64,000 bases of DNA, from the NCBI GenBank assembly GCA_052390615.1, contig JBQTGT010000060.1:16368-80367 (forward strand), in the 5' to 3' direction. Below the pieces are notes generated by a model. That model had not been told where the DNA came from and ran no database searches. It saw only the letters and a list, made by a program, of their open reading frames with translations. Made by a program: the position numbers and the translations under genes. Origin of the DNA: Actinomycetota bacterium. GTDB taxonomy: Bacteria > Actinomycetota > Acidimicrobiia > IMCC26256 > PALSA-610. Shown here piece after piece: positions 10,287-19,175 of this stretch; within the stretch, counting starts at the first letter, position 1; the number at the start of each line of letters is the position of its first letter.

Positions 10287-11735
10287 ATGCGTCCCGTGCT
10301 CACGCCCGAGGAGGTGGCCGAGCTCGACCGGCGCTCGGTCGCGGCCGGTACACCAGAGGTGGTGTTGGTCGAGCGGGCGGGCGCCGCGGTCGCCAGAGCC
10401 GCGGTGCGGATGCTGGGCGGCACCTACGGGCGCCGGGTCGTGGTGGTGTGCGGCACGGGCAACAACGGCGCCGACGGGCGCGTCGCAGCCCGCAGGCTGC
10501 GCGTGCTGGGCGTCGGCGTCGACATGTTCGACCTCGCCGCGGGCATCGCCGACCTCCCGCGCGCGGTGCGGCGCGCCAATCTCGCGATCGACGCCATGTT
10601 CGGCACCGGCTTCCGGGGCGAACTCGTTGGCGACGCCGCCCGTGCGTGCGAACTGATGGCCGGATTGCCGACGCTCGCGATCGACATTCCCTCCGGCGTT
10701 GACGGCACGTCCGGCGAGAGGCGCGGCACCGCCGTGCGCGCCGACGAAACCGTGTGCTTCGTGGCGCGCAAGCCCGGACTCTTGTTCGAGCCGGGCCGCT
10801 CGTTGGCGGGGTACGTTCGCGTCGTCGATATCGGGATCGGTATTCCCGAGCGGCCGCGGCTCGCGGTGCCCGGAGTCGGAGACCTCGTGCTGCCGGTTCG
10901 CACGCCGACAGCCCACAAGTGGGACGCCGCGCTCATGGTGGTCGGCGGATCGAACGGCATGATCGGCGCGCCGATGATGGTTGCCAACGCCGCCGCGCGC
11001 AGCGGCGCGGGCATGATCGTCTGTGGATTGCCGGGCAGCGAGACGGCGGCCGCCGCATTGGGAACCGAGATCGTGACTCGCGCGCTTCCTGCCACCGCGG
11101 ACGGCCACATAGACGAGGACGCGGCGCGAGTAGTGCTGAAGGACCTCGGCCCATTCGCCGCGATCGCGATCGGGCCTGGGCTCGGTCGCGACGACCGTGC
11201 GCACGCGGCGGCGCGGCGCATCATCGCCGAGGCGCCGGTTCCCCTCGTCGTCGACGCCGACGCACTCAATGCCTTGGCGACCGATCCCTCACCGTTGCGC
11301 ATACGTCACGCGGCCAAGCTCCCCTTCGCGATCCTCACTCCCCACGAGGGCGAGTTCGAACGTCTCGCGGGACGGCCGGTCGGCGCCGATCGCGTCGCGG
11401 CCGCGCGGGCGCTCGCCACCCGCACCGACGCGATCGTGCTCCTCAAGGGTCCGGGCACGGTCATCGCCGCGCCCGACGGCGACGCGGTGATCAACCCGAC
11501 CGGCACCGCCGCGCTCGCCACCGCGGGTACCGGCGACATCTTGACGGGAATCATCGGCGGTCTACTCGCCAATGGCGCGGAACCGTTCGTCGCGGCGCTG
11601 ACCGGCGCCTACGTACACGGCCGGGCGGCGTGCGCCGCGCCGACCGCACCCGATCTGGTCGCGATGGACCTCATCGGTGCGCTGGCCCCTACGCTCTCCG
11701 CACTGCGCTCGGGCCACGATCCTTGGGAGGATTGA
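10287..11735 (+). CDS. nnr: Bifunctional NAD(P)HX epimerase/dehydratase
   Basis: CGTGNNGADG, DAMFGTG, DIPSG, IGPGLG, DADAL, LTPHEGE, AGTGDIL. Confidence 0.94.
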   Translation: MRPVLTPEEVAELDRRSVAAGTPEVVLVERAGAAVARAAVRMLGGTYGRRVVVVCGTGNNGADGRVAARRLRVLGVGVDMFDLAAGIADLPRAVRRANLAIDAMFGTGFRGELVGDAARACELMAGLPTLAIDIPSGVDGTSGERRGTAVRADETVCFVARKPGLLFEPGRSLAGYVRVVDIGIGIPERPRLAVPGVGDLVLPVRTPTAHKWDAALMVVGGSNGMIGAPMMVANAAARSGAGMIVCGLPGSETAAAALGTEIVTRALPATADGHIDEDAARVVLKDLGPFAAIAIGPGLGRDDRAHAAARRIIAEAPVPLVVDADALNALATDPSPLRIRHAAKLPFAILTPHEGEFERLAGRPVGADRVAAARALATRTDAIVLLKGPGTVIAAPDGDAVINPTGTAALATAGTGDILTGIIGGLLANGAEPFVAALTGAYVHGRAACAAPTAPDLVAMDLIGALAPTLSALRSGHDPWED

Positions 11736-12206
11736 ATGCCGGCGAACACCTTGGTGCGCGACATCATGACCGCGCACCCCGTGACGCTGCGACCCGACGT
11801 GTCGGTCGCGGCGGCCGCGGGCATCTTCGCCGAGAAGGGCTTCGGCGCGATGCCGGTCGTGGACGAGAACGGACATCTCCTCGGGCTGCTGCGCGACGAC
11901 GACCTGATCGTCACCGAAGCCCGGATTCACGCGCCCGCGTTTCTCAACTTCCTCGGCGCGGTCATCCCGCTGCCGGGTGAGATGCGCCACTTCGAAGAGG
12001 AGATCCACAAGGTTGCGGGCTCGACCGTCGGTGAGGCGATGGACGACGACCCGCCGACCATCGGGGCCGACGAGACGCTCGAAGACCTCGCGACCTTGAT
12101 GCACGAGCGCGGGGAGTCACACGTCCCCGTCGTCGCCGAGGAGGGACGGGTCGTCGGCATCGTGGCGCGCGGCGACGTCGTCCGTTACATCGCCCGCACG
12201 TCGTGA
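11736..12206 (+). CDS. CBS domain pair protein
   Basis: VRDIMT..PVT, MPVVDENGHLLG, PVV..GRVVGIV.RGD. Confidence 0.9.
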   Translation: MPANTLVRDIMTAHPVTLRPDVSVAAAAGIFAEKGFGAMPVVDENGHLLGLLRDDDLIVTEARIHAPAFLNFLGAVIPLPGEMRHFEEEIHKVAGSTVGEAMDDDPPTIGADETLEDLATLMHERGESHVPVVAEEGRVVGIVARGDVVRYIARTS

Positions 12207-13345
12207 ACATGAGCGAACCGATGACGCCGCACCGCCCCGTTTGGGCCGAAGTCGATCTCGGCGCGATCCGGGCCAACGTGCGCGCACTGCGGGCGCACAC
12301 GCCGACGGCCGAGTTCTTGGCCGTCGTCAAGGCCGACGGCTACGGCCACGGCGCAGTACCCGTCAGCTGGGCCGCGCTCGACGCGGGCGCGTCCTGCCTC
12401 GGTATCGCGCTGGTCGAAGAGGGCGTGCGCTTGCGTGAGGCCGGTATCGACGCGCCACTCCTCGTGCTGTCCGAACCCGTCGCCGACAGCGCCGATACCG
12501 TCGTGCAGCAACGGTTGACGCCCGTCGTCTACACCGGCAGCGCAATTGAAGCGCTCGCCAAGGCGGCCGCGTCGAGCAAGGCGGGCGCGCCGCTCCCTGT
12601 GCACTTGAAGATCGACACTGGCATGCATCGTGTCGGCTGCCGACCGGCCGAAGCGACCGAGCTCGCGCGTCAGATCGACCAGCATCCCGAGCTCCGCCTC
12701 GCCGGAACGCTCACCCATCTGGCGGTCGCGGACGAGCCCGACAATCCGTACACCGCACGGCAGCTCGACCAGTTCGCGCGCGTGTGTGCGGATCTCCGTG
12801 GTGCCGGCATCGATCCGGGTGTCGTGCACGCGTGCAACACCGCGGGGACGATCGCGTTCCCGAGCGCACATCGCGACCTTGTGCGCGTCGGCATCGGGCT
12901 GTATGGCATTGCACCGGCCACCGCGCTCGCGGCGGTCGTCGAGCTGCAGCCGGCTCTGGCTGTCAAGGCGCGCGTGTCCTACGTCAAGTCGATCCCGGCT
13001 GGGGCGCGCGTGTCGTACGGCCTGCGCTACGAAACGAGCCGCGCGACACGATTGGCGACCGTGCCGGTCGGCTATGCCGACGGCGTGCCGCGCTCGCTCG
13101 GTCACCGCGGCGGTGAGGTGCTCGTGCACGGGCGGCGGTGCGCGATCGCGGGCACGGTCACGATGGATCAGCTCATGGTCGATGTCGGTGACCTGCCGGT
13201 GCAGGTCGGCGACGAAGTCGTCCTCCTCGGCCGCCAAGGTGAGCACGAAGTCCGCGCGGAAGAGTGGGCCGCGCTCGTCGGCACGATCGCGTACGAGATC
13301 GTGTGCGGCATCGGCCCCCGCGTCCCGCGGAGATACGACGGGTGA
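12203..13345 (+). CDS. alr: Alanine racemase
   Basis: AVVKADGYGHG (PLP Lys), HLKIDTGMHR, GYADG, TIAYE; exact start uncertain (12203/12209/12221). Confidence 0.96.
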   Translation: MNMSEPMTPHRPVWAEVDLGAIRANVRALRAHTPTAEFLAVVKADGYGHGAVPVSWAALDAGASCLGIALVEEGVRLREAGIDAPLLVLSEPVADSADTVVQQRLTPVVYTGSAIEALAKAAASSKAGAPLPVHLKIDTGMHRVGCRPAEATELARQIDQHPELRLAGTLTHLAVADEPDNPYTARQLDQFARVCADLRGAGIDPGVVHACNTAGTIAFPSAHRDLVRVGIGLYGIAPATALAAVVELQPALAVKARVSYVKSIPAGARVSYGLRYETSRATRLATVPVGYADGVPRSLGHRGGEVLVHGRRCAIAGTVTMDQLMVDVGDLPVQVGDEVVLLGRQGEHEVRAEEWAALVGTIAYEIVCGIGPRVPRRYDG

Positions 13346-14343
13346 ACCCCCGGCGGGCCGGTCGCAACGCGGCGATCGCCGCGGGCGCCGCCGCGGCGCT
13401 GGCCGGCGCGGGGTGGGTGACGCAGAAGCTGCTCGCCGAACGGTTGCGCCGGCGCCCTGACGCCGACGCTGCGCGCGCGCTCGCAACGCCGCTCTACGTC
13501 GATCACACGCTCGATACGCACGATCGTGGCACCATCAATGTCGTCGAGTCGGGTGAGGGTCCGCCGGTCGTTCTCTCGCACGGCGTAACCCTTTCGGTGC
13601 GCACCTGGTTCCACCAGCTCGAGTTGTTGCCGAAGGAAGGACTGCGGGCGATCGCGTTCGACCACCGCGGTCACGGTCAGTCGGTACTCGGCGAAGCCGG
13701 CCACTCCCTCGAGAATCTCGCCGAAGACGTCAAGACCGTGCTCGTCGGCCTCGATGTGCACGACGGGATCCTCGTCGGCCACTCCATGGGCGGCGTGGCG
13801 GTGCAGTCGTTCGTTGCCCGCTACCCCGAGATGGCGAAGGAGCGTCTGCGCGGCATCGTGCTGCTTTCGACGCTCGCGAAGGCGCCGCTCGGATCGCAGT
13901 CGACCCGTATGAAGTCTCGGCTCGAACGCATCCTCAACCGGGTTCCCGACACGACGAAGCTCTGGGAGCGGGAGGACCTCGGGCTCGTGCTGGCCAGCTT
14001 CGGCTTCGGCGCCGACCCGCATCCCAGTCATGTCGAGTTGGTTCGCCAGATGATGCATGCCTGCGCGCGCGACACGCGTCGCGACGCGCCCCGAGTACTC
14101 GTCGGCCTCGACCTCACCGCCGAACTCCGCAAGTTCGACATTCCGACGCTCGTGGTCGGCGGCACCGCCGACGTCCTCACACCCCCCGGGCACGCTGCGC
14201 AGATGGCCAAGCTGATCCCCGGCGCCCGCTTGGAGCTCGTCGACGGCGGCGGCCACATGCTCATGCTCGAACGAACCGACGAGCTGAACCGCCTCATCGT
14301 CGACTTCGCTCGCGGCGTCGGCGCGCTCGACGCGTCGAAATGA
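13342..14343 (+). CDS. Alpha/beta hydrolase with N-terminal hydrophobic segment
   Basis: SHG, DHRGHG, GHSMGG nucleophile elbow, GGHML; GTGA overlap with alr stop. Confidence 0.9.
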   Translation: MNPRRAGRNAAIAAGAAAALAGAGWVTQKLLAERLRRRPDADAARALATPLYVDHTLDTHDRGTINVVESGEGPPVVLSHGVTLSVRTWFHQLELLPKEGLRAIAFDHRGHGQSVLGEAGHSLENLAEDVKTVLVGLDVHDGILVGHSMGGVAVQSFVARYPEMAKERLRGIVLLSTLAKAPLGSQSTRMKSRLERILNRVPDTTKLWEREDLGLVLASFGFGADPHPSHVELVRQMMHACARDTRRDAPRVLVGLDLTAELRKFDIPTLVVGGTADVLTPPGHAAQMAKLIPGARLELVDGGGHMLMLERTDELNRLIVDFARGVGALDASK

Positions 14344-15218
14344 CGAGCTTTCCGGTCGCGGGAGTGCGCGCGGGACATTGGACGGGCGCGGGAACGGGCG
14401 TGACCGTGCTGCTCGCGCCGGACGGCACGATCGGTGCCGGTGAAGTGCGCGGGGGCGCGCCGGCGACGCGAGAGCTCGCGTTGCTCGAACCCGGTCGCAC
14501 GGTGACGCGCGTCGATGCGGTGGTGTTCGCGGGCGGTTCGGCGTTTGGGCTCGCGGCGGCGGATGGCGTGATGCGGTATCTCGCCGAGCGCGGGCAAGGG
14601 TTCGCGACCGCAGGTGGCTCGGTGCCGATCGTGCCCGCGGCGGCGATCTTCGATCTGGCCGAGAACGCCGGTGCGCGGCCCGGATCGGGTGAGGGGTACG
14701 CGGCGGCGGTGATCGCGGCGCGCGACGGACCGTTGGCAACGGGTCGCGTGGGAGCGGGGTGCGGCGCGACGGTGGGAAAGTGGCGCGGGCGCGAGTATGC
14801 CGCGCCGGGTGGGGTCGGCATTGCGCACGAACGCGTCGGCGATGCGACCGTTGCGGCCCTGGCGGTCGTCAACGCGATCGGAGACGTTGTCGGCGACGAC
14901 GGGCAAGTCACTGCGGGTTCGAGCGCGCCCGATGGTGCCCTGGCGTTTCCGGACCCTCGTCCGTTCGAGGAGACGGCCAACACGACGTTGGTGGTGGTGG
15001 TGACCGATGGCCAATGCGACCAGCCGGACTGCCATTTGATGGCGCAGAGCGCGCACGACGGGTTGGCCCGGTCGCTGCGGCCGTCACACACCCGTTTCGA
15101 CGGGGACGTGGCGGTGGCGCTGGCCACGGGGGCGGTGCCCGTGCACCTCGACCGGCTACGAGTCGGCGCGACCCAGGTCGTCGCGGCGGCCGTTCGCGCT
15201 GCCGTCATTGACGGATAG
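14340..15218 (+). CDS. DmpA/S58 (P1) family peptidase
   Basis: [41 protein letters not shown]. Confidence 0.9.
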   Translation: MTSFPVAGVRAGHWTGAGTGVTVLLAPDGTIGAGEVRGGAPATRELALLEPGRTVTRVDAVVFAGGSAFGLAAADGVMRYLAERGQGFATAGGSVPIVPAAAIFDLAENAGARPGSGEGYAAAVIAARDGPLATGRVGAGCGATVGKWRGREYAAPGGVGIAHERVGDATVAALAVVNAIGDVVGDDGQVTAGSSAPDGALAFPDPRPFEETANTTLVVVVTDGQCDQPDCHLMAQSAHDGLARSLRPSHTRFDGDVAVALATGAVPVHLDRLRVGATQVVAAAVRAAVIDG

Positions 15219-15226
15219 GCTCACGG

Positions 15227-15844
15227 GTGTCCGTCGAGTCGATGTTCTCGACTCCCCATCCCGCGCGCGCGGCCGGTGCCACGCTCGCCGAGGTCGCGCT
15301 CGCGGCCCACGATTGCACGCTGTGCAAGCTCGCCGGCGGCCGTACCCAGGTCGTCTTCGGCGTCGGCCGGGAGGATGCCGACCTCATGTTCGTGGGCGAA
15401 GGTCCCGGTGAACAAGAAGACCTCAAGGGCGAACCGTTCGTCGGGCGCGCCGGCCAGTTGCTGACTCAGTTGATCGAAGGCATCGAACTCACGCGGGCGG
15501 ACGTGTACATCGCCAACGTCGTGAAATGCCGACCGCCCGGGAACCGCGACCCCGAAATCGAAGAGATCGAGTCCTGCGCGCCGTGGCTCGACCGCCAGCT
15601 CGAGCTGATCCGGCCCAAGGTGATCGTCACACTCGGAAACTTCGCGACGAAGCTGCTGCTCCAGACCAACGACGGCATCACCAAGGTCCGTGGACAAGAG
15701 TTCGTCTTCTCGCGCGCGGGTGTCGACGCCGTACTCATGCCGACGCTGCATCCGGCCGCGGTATTGCGCGGCGGCGGGAAGCGGCTGGCCGAGGTGAGAT
15801 CGGACTTCGTGCACGTCAAGCGCGTGCTGGCGCGCGCCGGATGA
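15227..15844 (+). CDS. Family-4 uracil-DNA glycosylase (Fe-S)
   Basis: [36 protein letters not shown]. Confidence 0.93.
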   Translation: MSVESMFSTPHPARAAGATLAEVALAAHDCTLCKLAGGRTQVVFGVGREDADLMFVGEGPGEQEDLKGEPFVGRAGQLLTQLIEGIELTRADVYIANVVKCRPPGNRDPEIEEIESCAPWLDRQLELIRPKVIVTLGNFATKLLLQTNDGITKVRGQEFVFSRAGVDAVLMPTLHPAAVLRGGGKRLAEVRSDFVHVKRVLARAG

Positions 15845-16329
15845 AGATCCACACCGCTTCCGTCGAGCGCACGCGCGCGCTCGCCGACGCGCTCGCCTCG
15901 TTGCTGGTCGCGGGCGACATCGTCCTGCTCATCGGTGACGTGGGCGCGGGCAAGACGTCGTTCGCACAGGGACTCGCGCGCGGGCTCGGTGTCATCGAGC
16001 CGGTGACGAGCCCTTCCTTCACCATCGTGCACGAGTACGGGGGTCGACTGCCCGTCGTGCACATCGACGTGTACCGGCTCGATCGCCTCCAGGAGCTGTA
16101 CGACATCGGCATCGAGGAACTCGTCGACAGCGGCCGCGTCACGATGGTGGAGTGGGGCGACGTTGTCGCGCAGATCCTCCCGACCGAACATCTCGCGGTG
16201 CGTATCGATCTTGGTGCGTCCGACGACGAACGCGGGTTCACACTCGAGTGCAGTGGCACCCGGTGGCACGGTCGCCGGCGCGCGATGGAAGTGATCCTCA
16301 CCGAGTTCGGTGAGGATGAGGGCCAGTAA
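15841..16329 (+). CDS. tsaE: tRNA threonylcarbamoyladenosine biosynthesis ATPase TsaE
   Basis: GDVGAGKT, VTSPSFTI, HIDVYRL, VEW; ATGA overlap. Confidence 0.95.
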   Translation: MKIHTASVERTRALADALASLLVAGDIVLLIGDVGAGKTSFAQGLARGLGVIEPVTSPSFTIVHEYGGRLPVVHIDVYRLDRLQELYDIGIEELVDSGRVTMVEWGDVVAQILPTEHLAVRIDLGASDDERGFTLECSGTRWHGRRRAMEVILTEFGEDEGQ

Positions 16330-16332
16330 AAG

Positions 16333-17043
16333 GTGCTGTTGCTGGGAATCGACACCGCGACGCGTCGCGTCGGTGTCGTCCTCGCCTCCGAGCAGGGCTT
16401 GCTCGCGCGCGTCGAGCTCGGCGGACCCATCGGCGAGTCGCCGCCCCGACACGCCGAACAGCTCGCGCCCGCGGTCGAGTACGCGTGCGAGTCGGCAGGG
16501 ATCGCGCTCCACAACGTGTCCGCGATCGCGGTGGGCATCGGGCCCGGCATGTTCACGGGCCTGCGGGTCGGCGTGACGACCGCCAAAGTGCTCGCGCAGG
16601 CGCTGCGCATCCCAGTGATCCCGATTCCCAGCCTCGACCTGCTTGCGTATCCATTGCGGTACGCGCACGCGCTGCTCGTTCCCGCGATCGACGCGCGCCG
16701 TCACGAGGTGTACTACGCGATCTACCGTCCGGTGCCGGGCGGCGTGCAGCGGGTCTCGGGCTACGAGCTCGGCACCGCCCACGACCTCGCGGGGGAGCTC
16801 GCGGCGCGGGGCGAGGAAGCGATTGTATGCGGTGACGGCGCGCTGCGGTTCCGGGGCGTGTTCCAGGATCTCGATCGCGTCGAGCCGGCGGGGCCCGCGC
16901 ACGCCGCTCCCAGTCTCTCGGCGCTCGCCGAGCTGGCGCTGGCCCGCTACGAACGCGAGGAATTCAGCGCGCCCGGCGAGGTCGCGCCGATGTACCTGCG
17001 CAAGAGCGACGCCGAGATCACCTGGGACCGGCGGGAATCCTGA
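16333..17043 (+). CDS. tsaB: t6A biosynthesis protein TsaB
   Basis: LGIDTAT, HAEQL, GPGMFTGLRVG, DARRHEVY, P.YLR. Confidence 0.95.
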   Translation: MLLLGIDTATRRVGVVLASEQGLLARVELGGPIGESPPRHAEQLAPAVEYACESAGIALHNVSAIAVGIGPGMFTGLRVGVTTAKVLAQALRIPVIPIPSLDLLAYPLRYAHALLVPAIDARRHEVYYAIYRPVPGGVQRVSGYELGTAHDLAGELAARGEEAIVCGDGALRFRGVFQDLDRVEPAGPAHAAPSLSALAELALARYEREEFSAPGEVAPMYLRKSDAEITWDRRES

Positions 17044-17603
17044 TGGTCGCGATGCGCAAGGCGCTCGAGACGCTCGACGTCGACGTGATCCCCATGCGGC
17101 GCCGGCACCTGCGTTCAGTGCTGCGCATCGAGCAGCAGGTGTACCCGCGACCCTGGTCGCACTCCCTGTTCGTCAGCGAGCTCGCGCTGCGATCGACGCG
17201 CGCGTACTTCGTGGCGCGCGCCGGCCGGGAGATCATCGGGTACGCAGGATTGATGATGTCGGTCACCGACGGGCACGTGACGACGATTGCGGTTGACCCC
17301 GAGTGGCACCGCCACGGAGTCGGGACTCGCCTGCTGATCGCGCTCGCGCGCGAGGCAATCGAACGGGACGCGAAGGCAATGACGCTCGAGGTCCGACTGT
17401 CGAATACTGCCGCGCGCGCGATGTACCAACGCTTCGGGTTCACTGCGGTCGGCGTTCGCAAGGGTTATTACGCGGACATCGGTGAGGATGCGCTGGTGAT
17501 GTGGGCATACGGCGTCGGCACGCCGGAGTACGCCCGGCTGGTCAACTCCCTCGATCAGCGGGTGCCGGGCACGACGCGCTACGAACGCCCGAAGGGCTGG
17601 TGA
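17043..17603 (+). CDS. rimI: Ribosomal-protein-alanine N-acetyltransferase
   Basis: LEVR.SN..A..MY..FGF..GVRKGYY...EDA; tsaB-rimI-tsaD context. Confidence 0.93.
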   Translation: MVAMRKALETLDVDVIPMRRRHLRSVLRIEQQVYPRPWSHSLFVSELALRSTRAYFVARAGREIIGYAGLMMSVTDGHVTTIAVDPEWHRHGVGTRLLIALAREAIERDAKAMTLEVRLSNTAARAMYQRFGFTAVGVRKGYYADIGEDALVMWAYGVGTPEYARLVNSLDQRVPGTTRYERPKGW

Positions 17604-17610
17604 CGCGTCG

Positions 17611-18615
17611 ATGCGGATCCTCGCGATCGAAACCTCGTGCGACGAAACCGCGGCCGCGATCGTCGATGACGGCCGCCGCGCGGTGTCGTCGGTCGTCGCG
17701 AGCCAGGCGGATCTGCACGCCCGCTTCGGGGGTGTCGTCCCAGAGATCGCGAGCCGGGCCCATGTTGAGCTCATCAACGACGTGTTGGCGCAGGCGCTGG
17801 TCGAGGCGGGTACGGATCTGGCCGAGGTCGACGCGGTGGCAGCGGTGCACGGGCCCGGTCTGGCGGGCGCTCTGCTCGTCGGTGTGAGCGCGGCCAAAGC
17901 GCTCGCGCTTGCCGCCGACGTGCCGTACATCGGTGTGCACCACCACGAGGCCCACCTGTACGCGGCGTTCCTCGAGGATCCGACGCTGGCGCCGCCGCTC
18001 GTGACGCTCGTCGTGTCGGGTGGCCACACGCTGCTCGTCGAGATGCGCGATCATGGCCGCTACCGAGTGCTCGGCCAAACAGTCGACGACGCGGCGGGCG
18101 AGGCATTCGACAAGGTTGCCCGGTTCCTCGGTCTCGGGTACCCGGGTGGGCCGATCATCGACCGCCTCGCGATCGAAGGTGATCCCGACGCCATTGCGTT
18201 TCCGCGGCCGATGCTCAACGACGGCGACGACTTCTCGTTCTCGGGGTTGAAGACTGCCGTCGTGCAATATTTGCGCCGCCAATCCGATATCGATGTGGTC
18301 GACGTGGCCGCGTCCTTCCAAGCCGCCGTCGTCGACGTGTTGTTGGCCAAGCTCGTGGGCGCCGCGCACAGGGTGGGCGTCGACACCGTCGTCATCGGGG
18401 GCGGCGTTGCCGCGAACTCCTCGCTGCGCACGCGCCTGCTCGACGAGGCCGAGCGCGCCGGCCTGACGGCAGTCCTGCCGAGCCGCGAGCTGTGCACCGA
18501 CAACGCCGCGATGGTGGGGGCGGCGGCGTGGTGGATTCTGCGCGACCTGGGCCCTACCGGACTGGCCGGCGGCGCCTGGCCGGGGCTGCGCCTCCGCACC
18601 GACGCCGACCGCTGA
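17611..18615 (+). CDS. tsaD: tRNA N6-adenosine threonylcarbamoyltransferase
   Basis: IETSCDET, GGVVPEIASRAH, VSGGHT, DDAAGEAFDK, FSFSGLK, TDNAAM. Confidence 0.97.
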   Translation: MRILAIETSCDETAAAIVDDGRRAVSSVVASQADLHARFGGVVPEIASRAHVELINDVLAQALVEAGTDLAEVDAVAAVHGPGLAGALLVGVSAAKALALAADVPYIGVHHHEAHLYAAFLEDPTLAPPLVTLVVSGGHTLLVEMRDHGRYRVLGQTVDDAAGEAFDKVARFLGLGYPGGPIIDRLAIEGDPDAIAFPRPMLNDGDDFSFSGLKTAVVQYLRRQSDIDVVDVAASFQAAVVDVLLAKLVGAAHRVGVDTVVIGGGVAANSSLRTRLLDEAERAGLTAVLPSRELCTDNAAMVGAAAWWILRDLGPTGLAGGAWPGLRLRTDADR

Positions 18616-18638
18616 CCCGAGCTGTCGACGGTCCCGGC

Positions 18639-18668
18639 TTGCCGGATGACGCGGCCCGTTGCTACGGT
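18639..18668 (+). promoter_or_regulatory. Putative sigmaA-type promoter for groES
   Basis: TTGCCG-N18-TACGGT directly abutting the CIRCE. Confidence 0.55.
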
Positions 18669-18694
18669 TAGCACTCGACCAGGGCGAGTGCTAA
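18668..18694. promoter_or_regulatory. CIRCE element (HrcA operator)
   Basis: Perfect TTAGCACTC-N9-GAGTGCTAA, 40 nt upstream of groES. Confidence 0.97.
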
Positions 18695-18734
18695 CGCCCG
18701 TCCCGCCCCGCTCGCCAGATCTCGAGGAGACACG

Positions 18735-19043
18735 ATGAAGTTGCAGCCGTTGGAGGACCGGATCGTCGTCCGCCAGGCCGAAGCCGAGGAGAAGACCACG
18801 AGTGGTCTCGTCATCCCGGACACCGCCAAGGAAAAGCCCCAGCAGGGTGAGGTGCTCGCCGTTGGCCCCGGCCGGCACTCCGAGCAGACCGGCGAGCTCA
18901 TCCCGCTCGATCTCAAGCCCGGCGACACCGTCGTGTACTCGAAGTACGGCGGTACCGAGATCACGATCGACGGCGACGATTTGCTGATCCTGAACGGGCG
19001 CGACGTTCTCGCCAAGGTCGGCGGCGGCAAGTCCAAGAAGTAA
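18735..19043 (+). CDS. groES: Co-chaperonin GroES
   Basis: [44 protein letters not shown]; GAGGAG RBS. Confidence 0.99.
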   Translation: MKLQPLEDRIVVRQAEAEEKTTSGLVIPDTAKEKPQQGEVLAVGPGRHSEQTGELIPLDLKPGDTVVYSKYGGTEITIDGDDLLILNGRDVLAKVGGGKSKK

Positions 19044-19063
19044 ACGCCGACGCGTTCGCGTTC

Positions 19064-19095
19064 GAGGGCGGCTCCGTGAGGAGCCGCCCTCTTCG
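19064..19095 (+). terminator. GC-rich hairpin, probable intrinsic terminator after groES
   Basis: GAGGGCGGCTCC-GTGA-GGAGCCGCCCTC 12-bp stem; weak U tail. Confidence 0.7.
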
Positions 19096-19098
19096 CGT

Positions 19099-19175
19099 CG
19101 CCGATTGCACCATCTCATGGGTATCTCACGCACCGTAGCGGTGCGTGAGATACCCAACTGATAGTGCAATCGGCG
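19099..19175. repeat. Long nested inverted repeat (REP-like)
   Basis: 17-bp perfect stem GGGTATCTCACGCACCG-TAG-CGGTGCGTGAGATACCC inside a 12-bp outer stem CGCCGATTGCAC...GTGCAATCGGCG. Confidence 0.8.
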
